Shown here: positions 35,770 through 48,485 of the stretch, one piece after another
Numbering within the stretch: the first letter of the stretch is position 1
Layout of the letters: each line of letters begins with the position of its first letter
Source: Pseudovirgaria hyperparasitica
Lineage: Eukaryota
Assembly: GCA_010093815.1 (NCBI GenBank)
Contig: ML996565.1
Length of the DNA: 64,000 bases
Reading direction: 5' to 3' (one strand)
Translations under genes and position numbers: made by a program
The notes under the pieces: model-generated
What the model was told of the DNA's origin: nothing
What the model saw: the letters and a program-made list of their open reading frames with translations, nothing else
Database searches by the model: none

Positions 35770-37010
35770 TTCATCCCAGTCAAGTTATCTTCATCCGCGC
35801 CCAGCATGGCTTCTACACAATGCGAGCCCCTGGCCTCCTCACTGACCCCCTACCCGAATACGAAAAGCCTGAGCCAGCCTCACAGCGAAACGAAATAGAA
35901 TATATCATCGTACCAAACACCCTCAGGATCCTCCAGTATCCCCCAGTCTCCAAACAGTCACACTGTCACCCTATCTCCAGCCGCATCCACAACAACATCA
36001 CCTAATATAACGCTCGGTCTCCTCCCCTACCTCCACTCGATCTCTTCACCTCTATAATCGACCTCGCCCTTGTACACTCCCTTACCGAGACCTCGCTTGA
36101 GCAAAACTTGTACTATGCTCCCACCAAGAATATCACATGGTTCGGGGTAATTCAGCACAGCGACCTCCTATATCCCAGCGTCGCCTTCGATGCTCTTCCA
36201 GATCCTTTCCCTGCGTGTCTGCGCATCTACAGTCCTTACGCTCAGTTCGATCACTCCCAAGGCCGCATATAAGACAGTCTGCATGTCCATGATCAGGGGA
36301 TGGTAGGTTGAGGAACGGGGTATGGCCGTATTTTGCCTGTATATATGATTGTTGGGTGTGGATGACAAGTAAGACTATAGATGATAGCTCTTACCTGAAG
36401 GTTCATATATCGAATAGGCAGTGTAACACATCGTAGTTATGGGTTGCCAGTATATCTTGATTACTAGTCAGGAACACAGAATGAGTTGGATCATACACGT
36501 AGCTACTCTCCGCAGTGAGTACATAGGCTTACGTGGAATCCTTCTCTGGAAGCTTCCTAAGCCATTTATAAGATCAAGGATGCTGATTGTAGGGTTGGCA
36601 ATAACCCGGAAGACTCATTCGATAGGAAGGAGGCGAGACTCGAATGGCTTCTGCTCGGGCATAAGAGTGGGGTATCAAGAGAAGGTCAGGACACCTCTTT
36701 ATTCTAATGAGGCAAAAGGTCTGTCTTACTACGTCCAATGAAGCTTTGTAAGGTTTCTACCTATTGGCAGTGTAGACTTAGGTGTTTAAATATAGATATT
36801 CTAACACTCTACTTTCATCAAGAACTAGATCTCACCATAGCTAGTAGAATATATTATAGTTTCTACCTCATAGAACTCTGTACACCAATGTTTACTATTG
36901 AGACTCTTGTATTTTACTTCTACGTAGAGAGATATTCCCCCTTAGCCAATTGAACATATTAAGATGTCTTCTTCTTGATATGTAGATCTAGATCTCTACT
37001 GTCACAGATT
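35770..37010 (-). pseudogene. Nonsense-interrupted relic of a cellular-type gene
   Basis: The frame of ORF 36168-36368 continues as protein-like sequence through stops at 36168, 36027, 35958, 35880 and 35850. Putative intron 36337-36394 (GTAAGA...TACAG). The upstream part is visibly TpA-rich. Both ends are approximate. Confidence 0.5.
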
Positions 37011-37099
37011 CTAGCATTTGATTCCGGTATAGCTACGTGTCCGGTGCTGGAGGCGGCATTGCATATAGTTGGAAGTTGGGACACACATCGTTTATACTG

Positions 37100-37400
37100 G
37101 GTCCATTGCGGCTAGTTCAGTTCATCTTTCGTGAGGATCATAAAGCTGAAGAAAGCAATTTACGGTTTGAAACAACCAGGACGCGAGTGGTTCCATATCC
37201 TCCGCACTCTCGAATTCCGCCAATCTCAATTTGATCCATGTGTCTTTATTGGCCGCATTGTCATCGCCGCGTATGTCGATGATCTCTTACTAGTGGGGGA
37301 GCATTTGGACATCCAAAACTTCAAGCAAGATGTCATCTCCCGCATGAAATGTAAGGACTTAGGAGAAACACGCTTGATACTAGGCATCGAGAATATGCCT
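37100..37400 (+). mobile_element. Ty1/copia retrotransposon reverse transcriptase fragment
   Basis: LKKAIYGLKQPGREW, FRQSQFDPCVF, catalytic YVDDLL, KDLGETRLILGIE. No gag, integrase or paired LTRs recognised. Confidence 0.88.
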
Positions 37401-37711
37401 TCTGAATTAGCTTCGAGATTTGGTCCTTCTGGTATAGATGATTGGTGCGTGGAGCCCGCCACCTTACATCCATAATCTCTGCTGGTTCTCCCTCTGAGTC
37501 GCCCAGAAAGAGGGTATGTTGTCTCATTCTGGATCAGCTTGGATTATGTTGGCTGACTTTGGACCTAGCAACTCCGCTCTGGCGCCCAGTCATCCTCCCA
37601 CCAAGCTCTGACTGACCGTGTGTCTGCGCTGGAGGCCGAGCTCTCTGAGCTCCGCCGTTCTGTTTCTCGGCTGGCTCGTTCGTTGCGTGCTGACACGGAT
37701 CCGGAGGAGGA

Positions 37712-37771
37712 GTAGCTCTGTAGCTCTGTAGCTCTGTAGCTCTGTGGCTCTGTGCGTCTGTGGCTCTGTGT
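37712..37771. repeat. 8-bp tandem repeat (GTAGCTCT) x4 plus degenerate GTGGCTCT copies
   Basis: Directly visible, about 300 bp downstream of the copia RT fragment. Confidence 0.8.
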
Positions 37772-38222
37772 GGGGCCTTCTGTGTGTGTGGTTTCTGGTG
37801 TGGTGTGTTCTGGCTCTGTCTGCCTATTTTCTGTCTGTTCTGGTCCCTTTTGGACCATTTCGATACCCACCTGCCAGTCTCTGGCAAATTCAATCTTACT
37901 GTACACAATGCAAAATTATTCGGGTTTGGAATTCCAGTGGTAAGCGCTCATTTATCCACTATTCAGCGCGTGAGTATTTCACTGCTGAACAGCAGCATAT
38001 TTCGCTACTAATAGAGCATACCATGGATTCTACATCCTAGGGATGTGTCTCTTCTATGCGCCTTCAGAAGTTTGAGTGTTTTGCTCCTGAAGACGCGAAT
38101 CTTACTGTACCCAACAGGACTTATCAGCCTTTCTTCTTCGCAGCAACATGCACTGTATGATTCAAAACTATAGCCCTTCACTGTCGCACAGAAACACGTT
38201 CGACCGTACCCAGCACAGCAAA

Positions 38223-39992
38223 TCACAAATACACCAACAACGCCTCACTCGCCGCAACCGTAAAAGTCGCCCTTCCAGACACCACCGCCGCACTCTCCGA
38301 AACCGCACTGCCCTGTATCGCACACGTCCCATTCGCAAAAGTCTGCCCCCCGACCGTCGGATTCCCCCCCTGATCCTGCCGCGCCGTCGCACTTGACGCC
38401 GTCAAGCGTTTCGCCGTCACAGCCGTGCCGGGGAGCCCGGACATCGTGAAAGTCTGCACACTCCGTGTGCCCGAGACGTAGTAGTCGGAGTTGTACAGCA
38501 GCAGCCTGACGGGCTTTCCGGCCTTGTAGATGGCATAAGCGGCGTAGTTTGTGGTCCCGCTGTCGAGAGGGGCGATTTGGTCTGCGCCGGCGAGGGCCAT
38601 GGTTGCGTAGTATGCGCCGTAGTATGGTGCGCCCATGCTGTAGCGGCCCCACCAGCAGTATTGACCTGGTCGTTGATGGTTATCATGTGGGGAGTAGGCG
38701 ACTGGGGGATAGAGGGGATTTCTTACAATTGCCGACGGTGCCTTGGTGGAAGTATAGGGCTTTGGTGCCGAGGATGAGCATTTGGATGGAGTAGTCCATG
38801 AGCCATAGCCCGGCACCGAATGTGGGACTGATGCCTCCGCCTCCTTGCGTTGCTGGGGTTGGCGCTTAGTTATACTGTCTAAGCTCAGGCAATGTGTGTA
38901 TCTTACCAGAGTTCGTCTCGCCCATGATGTGGTACTTTCCAGCGTTCTTGGCCGCGGTGATTTCGTTCTTGAAAGGCGCGATCTGGGATTTGATGGCGCT
39001 ATGGCTCATGAGAGAGGCCAGATTCGCGGAGGACTGAGACTGCGGGTAATTGTGAGAGCAGTATTCTCTTACATACTGTGCGGCAGTGCTGCTTTCCTGT
39101 GCGGTTAGTCCGGCAATACTGAAGGTGTTTGTGTCGAAGTAGACGCCAGCAGAGAAGATGTTTGTGGTAGAGAGATTTGAGCCGACCGCGGTCTGCCATG
39201 ATACTTGGCTTGCAAAGTCCTTGGTCCCGCTCCAAGATCCGCCAGCAATGGGGTCTGAGCTCGTGTAGACTGGACAGGGGCAGGTTATTGATTTGCTCTT
39301 CCGCAGACGGGAAAGTGTTTGCTTACAGTTTGGCTCATTTCCAAGCTCGATCGAGTTGAGATTGTCCATCTCATCCAATGCCTTGCGGGCAGCTTGGATT
39401 GTGTTTGGCTGATTGTTCAAGCGCCGATTGAAGCCTTTTTTTTGTCTTATATTAGATTTTCGTTATGGAAAGCAAATCGAAATGCGCACCTATGATTGTC
39501 TGTCCCCCATATGTATTCGCCAAAGTCATAAAAGAGGGACCAAAAGTCAAAGTCGACGGAGCATCACCAGGTGCCGCGACAGTGTAGCTCACAGCCGTGG
39601 TCTGACTTGCACTATACGTCGCGCGATCCCTATGTACTCATTAATACGTCGAGTCGACTTCAGATATGGCTGGACCGTACTGTGTCGTTCCCCCTATCCT
39701 GAGTGGTGGCCAAGTCCCTGTCAGACTTCTCAAATTTTGAAGACATGGCGAGGTCGATGCGACGTCAGTAAAGTATGCTGGAAATGCGAAAAACTCAAGT
39801 CTAGAGATGTAAGTCGCAACACATGTATATTTTACATTTCAACACTGACGAAACGCCAATCGGTGCGGGATCAAGTTGCTGGCTTGCATTCGATGGCGGT
39901 GAAGAGGGGACGGTGAAAGTCAGCGCAGAACAAGGAACAATGATGGCCAGCAACCATGAAAGGCTCCTTATAGGTGATTGGGTCGCTTTCAT
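38223..39992 (-). CDS. Secreted glycoside hydrolase family 79 protein (beta-glucuronidase-like), multi-exon
   Basis: Signal peptide, LEFFAFP, PLRIGGTT, acid/base ELGNEP, HNYPQ, nucleophile MGETNS, GISPTFGAGLWLMDY, C-terminal beta-rich domain ending ASEALLVYL. Several short introns. Confidence 0.88.
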
Positions 39993-40498
39993 ATTCACCC
40001 TGGTCGTCTTTGTTGTTGGCAACAATTGTTTACTATCGTTCGAAAGACACTGCGAGTTTGTCATATATGCATTTTAAGTTGTCCATTTGCCCTATACGCC
40101 ACGGATCCCAGGCATAACATTAACGCATGATTTTAATTAGGACGTGTACATGCATAATTATTGCCACACAGGGGTGCATCCGGTGGTGCTATTGGCGTGA
40201 CCTGATCAACAACCCGGCGAATGAACGCCACTGCGGGGAAAACAATCCATGGTCACAAAGCTTAGCAACGCTCATCCTACAGACTCCGGCATCTCGCTTC
40301 TTCTTCACCCGAACAATACGATAGTCCGGTTCAGTTGCCGATCGGCCGAATCGGTGGATGGACGGACTGCTCAATTCTTTTCTTTCCATCATTCACCGAC
40401 CCGTGAGCCGGACTTTGACTCTCGGATCTTCGGAAGACGCGGACATCTAGTTGTACACAAACAAACAGCGAGCTTTGTTTTGCCTAGCACGTAACAGC

Positions 40499-43011
40499 AT
40501 GGAGAAAGTGACGACCGAGGAACAGGCAGTGAGTGCTATCAAGTACTATAGGGTTTCGTGACATTGATGAATCTGATCTATCCAGGTGATTGCTCGACTC
40601 AATGCCAACTGGATATGGGTGCAGGACTGGATCGACTCGTCCACGGAAAACACAGCTGGTCGACTTGTATGGTTTACTCGCACGGAACACTTTCCAGCCA
40701 CACCCACGTCAGCTGTGTTGCACTTCTCTGCCGATACACGATACAAGCTTCTCGTCAATGGCAAGCGAGTCACCGTTGGACCGAGCAGAAGTAGTCCAGC
40801 GATATGGTTCTACGACTCTATTGACCTTGCTCCCTACCTGCAAGCCGGTAAGAACATTATACGATTCGCTGTCATCCGGTACTTTGCCTCCTCGAGAGGG
40901 GCGATGCCTTTCGAACGGACTTCGTTTCCAGGACTTACAGTATGTGGTGCTATAGATGTGGATGGCCTAAGTACAGACTTTTGCACAGATGAGCAGTCAT
41001 GGGAAGCTCACATAGACCACAACATCGAGTTTCCAACTGGTCTGGTGGATGATGTCTTCCTCCACGTTAGTCGATGGAATATCGTAGATCAAAAACAGCC
41101 AGTACTCACACCATCCAGATCTATGAGCGCAGACACGTAGGAAATCCTACACGCGCAAAGATTCGGCGATATGGCTTCAAAACACTCAATGGGGATTTAT
41201 TGCCGTGGCGGCTCCGCCAGAGAATGATACCGTTACCCGAGCAGAGTGCTGTAGCTGTACATAACATCCGATCGTGTGCGAGTTCACTATCGAGAGAAGC
41301 ATGGGCTGAAGTCTTGACAACAACGGAATCGCGTGCTTTCCTCACCGCCAATTCGACTCATGTATTAGATATACAAGCCGATTGCCATTCAACGGCTTTT
41401 CTAAAGTGGCGATTCCATGCACCGGTCGCAGATAGTAGTCTGGACATCAGAATCATCTATTCAGAAGGTTATGAGCTCGAACCGCCAGCGTACCCTTTCT
41501 TTCGAAAGAAAGCAAACAGATTGGACGTCGAAAATGGCCAAATCCATGGACCGCGTGATATCGTCTCTCTAAGCGTTCTTAAAGAGCAGATTGTGGAATA
41601 CGAGCCTTTCTGGTTCCGCACTTTCCGGATCCTGCGCATCGAGTTGACAGTTGGCGATGCACCTGTAGAACTGTTGGAGCTTGAGGCAACACAAATCAAC
41701 TACCCCCTCGACATCAAAGCAAAATGGAACGACTCGCTCGATGCCGAAACAAACAGCATATGGGACATATCAGTCAGGACGATGCAAAACTGCATGCTCG
41801 ACGGCTATTCAGATTGTCCATTCTATGAACAGCTCCAATACTCAATGGACAGCCGCGCGGTCGGACTCTTCCACTACCTCCTTTCGGGCGACGACAGGCT
41901 CATGCGGCAAGGCATAGTACTATTCGCATCCTCCGTCACTGCAGAAGGTCTGACACAATCACGCTTCCCTTCGCACACTAACCAACTCATTGCGGCGTTT
42001 CCTCTCTACTGGATCCTACAAGTCTGCGACCACCATCTCTATTTTGGCGACGCTCGATTCTCACGACTTTTCCTGCCTCGCATAGATGGTGTTCTGGACT
42101 TCTTCGACGCTTATATCAACGAAGACGGTCTCGTGGCTGGGCTACCTGATGATGTGTGGCAGTTTGTCGATTGGGTGACGACTTGGGGTGCGACGGAGGA
42201 CTTCCCTGACAAAGGAGTGCCCACTGCAGGGAGGAAGAATAACATCTACACATACTTCAGCATGCTCCTTGCACATGTCCTCGACAAGACCGCAATGCTT
42301 GTAAGAGACATCGGACGACCTGGCTACGCCACCGAGTACGAAACGCGAGCTTCATCTCTCCGCAAAGCGGTCCGCAAGCATTGCTACGACGGCACCTTCT
42401 TCACCGATTCGCTCGCAAACAGTGCAGACGACTCATCATACTCCCAACACTGCCAAGTCTTCGCCATTCTCTCAGGTTGCGCGGTTCCTAAGGACTATAC
42501 CCGACTCTTGACTGATTCATTCGCCGAAGGGTCCAAGTTCTCGAAATGCTCGTATATGATGCTCTTCTATGCCCTTCGCGCTTTCTCGATGGCAGAAGAT
42601 GGACTATATGAACAATTTTGGCCTCGTGCGATTGCTCCGTGGCGCAAAATGGTGGCCAATAATCTATCTACATGCGAGGAAGATGATGTGAGGCAGCGGT
42701 CAGATTGCCATGCATGGTCTAGTGTGCCGTTATACGAGTTCTGTACAGAGTTGGCAGGGGTGCAAGTCGTCGCAGCCGGTGCGTCGAAAATCCTTTTCAA
42801 GCCTCGGCTGCGCTTGGAGATGGCATTTGAAGCAAGAGTTGCAGTCGGGAGAGATAATGTTGCATTCGTGAACTGGACGACATTAAGTGAAGGTGGAACG
42901 CAAGTTGAACTAAGCTTGACGAAGGCTGTAGAGCTGGCTAGTCAGCCGCCTGGTCGCCAGATCGTGGAGCATGGTTACGTGGATCGAATTCTGCTAATTT
43001 TTAAGGATTAG
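40499..43011 (+). CDS. Glycoside hydrolase family 78 alpha-L-rhamnosidase-like protein, no signal peptide
   Basis: FSADTRYKLLVNG, WFRTFR, DCPFYEQLQYSMD, WQFVDW, RSDCHAWSSVP. Introns 40529-40585 and 41066-41118. Confidence 0.9.
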
Positions 43012-43429
43012 GGTATGTGGTGTATTCGCGTGTGCCTACTTGCTATGACCGGGAACAGGGAGTACCGTCTTTGTTTACAAGCCGTATCATAATACTGTAT
43101 ATCATTAGGGGTCACATGTTTCAGTGACTCCTCATACCACTAGAGATCCGTAGTAACAAATGCATCACATATGGCAGTATCTATCCTCCCATATGCAGTC
43201 CTGGCACCTTCTATATTTGTTCTCATTCGGCGGCTCCCAGGTGAACGAGCAAATTCTTTTCCGCCATTGACATGTTGTTAATTAAATTAGGGCATATGCA
43301 CTTGCATAATGTCAGAGATTGACTCGTTCTTCCCTTGACGTCTTAGTCTGACATGTTGCAGAGTTATATTTGTATTGCTCCATTTGAAAAGTTAGGAATG
43401 TCTCTCCTTTGGCTCTTGCGGTCTCTTCC

Positions 43430-46400
43430 TTATGACGGAAAGACAGCAGACATCGGTATGCCCTTCGAATATGCGTCTTCTGCCATTTCTAGGACTTGGA
43501 GAGCCGCGATTTGACGCTGATTACTGCGTATCAGGAGGTCGCTCGGAGTCCTGGTTTTATCGTCTTTTATAGTCGGATTCGCTCCTCCTAGTAACAGCAA
43601 TATAACGACATCGACTGTTGATTGCAAGGCAGCATAGTGAAGAGGAGTTTTTCCTCTTATTTTTTTGCATGTCCAATTAACGTGTTCGCGAGCGTTTATG
43701 TCATTAAGTAATACTTCCAGGATCTTGATATGACCCAATGCTGCGGCGTGATGATACACCGTTCTTCCCTTCCTGTCAGTTTTGCACTTTAGCGATGCCA
43801 TGGATTCGTCATTTAGGAGTTTGAAAGCCTCCACACTACCTCTGTTCGCTGCAATGACAAGGGGATACTTGAGTTTGCCACCTGACGGGCAGGGGTCAAC
43901 ATCACAATCGAAAAGTAAAACCTTGATCCAGGATGCCAGATTCTCCTGAGCAGCAAAGTAAATAATGGTGGCGTTTGGATCCTCAGGGCACAGGACTCCC
44001 ATTCTGCCGTTTGCTATCGACAACAGATCCCTGACGAAGTCTTTGGCATCAACATGTAGGTCATCTGCTCGGTGTGCGTGGAAGGCAAAATACTCCTGAA
44101 CATAGTTGAGCAACTGCGGAAACTCTGCAGTTGTGTGCGAATCATCATCGCCGGCACCACCGGAAGCGGCCTCGCCTTGTTCGAGTAGTCTGTCTTTCAG
44201 AAGTGCGAGATCAGGTTCGAAGACAGGTCCCACATCAGTGTCCATGAGATCAGGTTCGAAGACAGGTCCCACATCGGTGTCAATGAGATCCAGCCACGAT
44301 GGTATTGAATCATCGGATGGCAGACAGGTATCACCTACGGATACTGATAAGTCATTACAAGAAGAAAGTGATAGTGTTGGTTGGAGATAAGGCCCTGGTG
44401 TACTTGGCCTCGTTTTCGGAACGCTCGCTGGTCGTGTGTTGTTCATTGAATCCGTACTCTGTATAGTATACTGCTTACCACGGACTGATCCCATCGAGCT
44501 GGCCGAGGATCCTATACTTAAAGCATCCGTAGAGGTATTGCGATGGATATATATTGATGAATCTGAAGGAATTGAGGATGAACTTGAAGCAGGGCTGTCC
44601 TCTAATATGTGTGGATTTACGTCCTTGAGGGACGCATATCTTATGCAAGTTTCAAGAATGTAGACATGTGCCGCAGCCGCATCTCGCTTTCCAAAGAAAT
44701 CTGGATCAAAGTACTTGAAGCCATCGCCCTCCTGGAAGAATTGCCTTACTGTTTCATGGATCGGCTGCATGGTTTCACTGAGTTCGAAAGATCCCGCGCG
44801 TGGACGAAGCGAGCCTCCCTCAGTCATGGAAGACACTGGAGAAATGGTACCCGTCAGGCCCAACGGCACGGTTTGTCTGGGACGGAACTCAAGCAAGCCT
44901 CGGGTTAGACGATTAATCTTCTTCATGAGTTGTGAATCATTGCTTGTTGTCATATCTGACATCTTCCAATCTCTCAACGCGTCCCATTTGCTATGGGACA
45001 CTAGAGCAAGAATGTGGTGTGCCTCAGCAACACGTATTGGCCTGGCAGCGTAGCAGACCCATTGCATAAGACGGAACGCGAAAGGTTGGTCATCATGGCT
45101 CAAAGATTTTACCAAGGTGATGTAGAGTGATTCGAGGTCACCAGGGACCCTATCAAGGCCTCGTATGATCTGCCATATATCGTCACCCGCATCCCAGTCT
45201 TGGCGCAGGTGGTCAATAACTAATTTGACCCAGAGAAAAATTCCAGACGCTTTTCCACAAATTCTGCGTTTGATCCTCTCCAGCTGGTAACTCTCAATGT
45301 CGTGCGGAAGGCTCGACTCTACGTAACGGGCAATATCATTGCCATTTAGAGCATCAGCTTCGATCGTTTGGCAGGGTGCAGTTAGCGAGACCGATAGTGC
45401 TGTTCTGCTCGATATACACACATCGATAAGTGTTCCCGCTTTGTACGCGACATGCGTAAGTTCTCGGTAGAAGCGAGCAAGCGCTCGACCTTCTTCTAGA
45501 CCACATTCGTCGATGGCATCGATGACCAATATTGTCCGTTCCTCTTGAGGCTTGGTGAAAGCTTGTAGTAGAAGCACTCTCATTTCTTCAAAAGTCCACG
45601 TGATTTCGTTCCCAGACAATGACTTCGTGACATAGGCTTGGCACATCGGGTCTTGTAAAGCTTTCTTAATGGGTAGTAGCTGGTAAATCAAGGCCCGAAG
45701 CGATCCAAGCGTAGAGTGTTCGAGAGCGCTGCGAGTCCCATCGATGAAATAAGATGCTAAATGTATCTTTTCCTGGGGAACTCGCCGAGCCGCAATCCAC
45801 AAAATTTCCTCCATCAATGTTGATTTTCCTGCACCAGGCTTACCTTTGATCCACAGAAGGCCTCGGTGTTGATTGACAGATTCACGCGACAACCATTGTT
45901 GGAAGGGTAGATGCGTGGCTAGCCATTGCGATTCGAATTCCGGGGTCCCTGATATTGTGTCTTTCGGAAGAAAGCTCATATTCTCAAACTGTAAGGAGCG
46001 CAATATTCCTACGAATTAGTCAAAGGTATGATTACTCGAATTTTTTGCGTGGGACAACTTACGCGGTATCACCGGTGATCTGTTAACAGATGGTAAGGCG
46101 CCCTCGTCTAGACCAGGCACTGGCACTGGCACATTGGAAACCACGTTCGAGGGACAGGCTTGCTCGTATAGAATTTTCAGGGTAGAGCTAACAGTCATGT
46201 AATGAGGGTCGTCTTCTCCCTTGAATCGGCACATCTCCACATGGTTCAAGTCTAAGGTCTCTGCTCTTTCTCGCGGATCTCCAAAGGAAGATGAGGAATG
46301 AGGCACCACCTGGCAGCATCTTAGTATCACTAAGATAATTGTGCTAGTTCTCTCATCTAGTCAACATACCAATTCATTCAGAGTGCCGAGGTTAATGCCA

Positions 46401-47362
46401 GCAAGCGGCCGGCCCTCTTGGAAAGTCTTAACGCGGAAAGAAAAGCTGGTCCATAGGCTGGTGAAAATTTCATGACACCGCTCGAGATCAGAATTACTAA
46501 GCCCCAGGGACGCCAGTACAGAGTGACTGGTATCGAGGCGGAGGACCGACGCAAGCTTGCGTGCCGACTCACCTACCCCAGCCATGGCTGGACTGCCCCT
46601 ATGTGGAGTACCCATGAACACTACAGCTGTTGTAGATACCAAAATATCCACTATATCAGCGCTTTGGTGCAAGCCTCGATAAGAGTAAGCTATGCCAAGT
46701 GCCTTAAGAATTTAGTAAATCGCGTCAAGCATGGTGAAACTGGGTACCTCTTTCACAAGGATTCCTCCAAGAGAGTGTCCAACAAAGATGAGGGGTCTTT
46801 TAGCCGGGCGATGACGACTTAGTGCGTGAACCAAATCCTTTCCATGAGAATAAAGGTGATTCTTATTCGTAGATGTGCCTGGACGCGCGACGATTGTTGT
46901 GTTGTAACCCCATGTTGATATTCGAGCCTCTGGGCAAACCTTGGGAAGAAGATCTCTGAACCAATAAACCTCATCCGATGGTCCTGTTCTAAGCCGGTCG
47001 GACTGTTGAGTCTCATCAAACATAGTCTGGTATTCTGCGCCATGAGGCTCTCTTGTCTTTTCTTGCAATCGAAAACGAGTTTTTTTCCATACTTTCCATT
47101 TACGCTTGGTCCCTTTCTGCGACGACTCAGGCTGCGGCTTTAGTACTTTGATTGCCCATGTTTTATAAGGATGGCCTTGCAGTCCATGGACGAAGACGAT
47201 ACTACATAAGTGGTAAGCCTTTACTATCGATGCCGAGAGCAGCCTTGGGATGTCCAGCACCACCGTGGGCGAACTAGGGAAGGCTTACTCGACTTGTGGC
47301 TCTGTGTGATATGGCCTATATAACACCGTGAAACCAGTATCATTAACCGTAGTACTGCTCAT
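43430..47362 (-). CDS. Fungal NLR-like protein: alpha/beta-hydrolase (SesB-like) + NACHT + ankyrin repeats
   Basis: DIVFVHGL, GHSLGG, FMGTPHRGS, NHVEMCRF; Walker A GKPGAGKST, Walker B ILVIDAIDEC, ASGIFLWVKLV; ankyrins GRTVYHHAA and GKTPLHYAA. Introns 47202-47288, 46703-46747, 46310-46369 and 46009-46062 keep the frame. Confidence 0.9.
44207..44290. repeat. 39-bp in-frame tandem duplication inside the NLR gene
   Basis: Units 44207-44245 and 44246-44284 differ at 2 positions; encodes DTDVGPVFEPDL twice. Confidence 0.9.
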
Positions 47363-47578
47363 GTTGTTCCTAGACAGTGATTTTGACGAAGTGAGCACTG
47401 AGGCAGAGCAAAGATGGGAAACGCCTAGAGATAAGGACACCACTAATTTAAACAACTGATTAGGCACCATGCAGAGTGACAAGCATCCTGCCCGACCTCA
47501 GCCTTGCCAGTGTATTGGGCATGCGCCAGCGCTCAATGGTCCTACCTTCCAACATGTGAAGGCATGAAGCGAGAAACA

Positions 47579-47678
47579 TAGACTCGCACAAGAGACACTC
47601 ATGTTAGTAGATTTAAGTAATAGTAATCTAGACTCGCACAAGAGTCATTCATGTTAGTAGGGTTAAGTGATGGTAATC
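47579..47678. repeat. 50-bp tandem duplication between NLR and sugar transporter
   Basis: TAGACTCGCACAAGAG...ATGTTAGTAG...GTAATC at 47579-47628 and 47629-47678, 6 mismatches. Confidence 0.9.
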
Positions 47679-48485
47679 CAGACAGGGATTCGTCCCATTG
47701 CCTGCTCCTTATTGGATCGTTCATCTATACAAGAGAACATGAATAGATCACTCCTTATTGACTCGCTTGCACTCCAAGTGGAGATTTTCGAGCGCATCGC
47801 AGCCTCAGCTATAATGCAGACACAAGTGTGGAGTCACGAGATTTGATACACTCTCCTAGCATACCTTCAATCTTCCAGGCCTAGTTTTACCGGCATGATA
47901 CCTGCAATAGTCAATGCATAGGATGAACTTGATACGAACCATCTCTAGTATAGACTGACTACACGACTCCACCGAACTCCACATAGCATCAAGGCAGCAG
48001 GAGACCTCGGCTCACTTGCGCATAGACTGAGTATGGTCAGTACAACAGACGTGAGCATTCCTGTGGATATAAAGCCCTTTCATTCTGACGAATTCGTGAT
48101 AGACGCGCACATCCATCGGCGTTTGAAACCATGCTTCGGATAATGCATAATTGCACCATAGGAGTGATCCTTCCAATAGTCTTCAGTAGATTCGGGACAA
48201 ATAGCCGCGAGACGAGGCCAGACAATACTCCTCGGTTGGCTAAGCGATGTTTGGACCCTTGCCTTACCCTTGCTTCCCCAGCTTCGCGACGATCTGGGGT
48301 GTGGGGAAGAGACTAACAGCATACTCGCTATCGTTCCTACACTTATCACATAGCTAAACGTGCCGGTGGGACAGTGAACAAGGACTTAGATATATGCGGC
48401 CTTGTATCCCCCCTTGGTGTCGATCAAGGCCTTGCTCGTGTACTTCTCATAGCCTGGGATCGAAACAGTCCGTTAGCCACGCAAG

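Noticed and set aside
35850..36170. Stop codons rescued by A-to-I RNA editing or readthrough
   Set aside because: Five stops of mixed type beside a transposon relic fit mutational decay better.
37037..37100. GGGIAYSWK as a copia RNase H motif
   Set aside because: Weak match, in a different frame and on the wrong side of the RT.
47579..47678. CRISPR-like direct repeat
   Set aside because: Only two adjacent copies, no spacers or cas genes, and the genome is eukaryotic.
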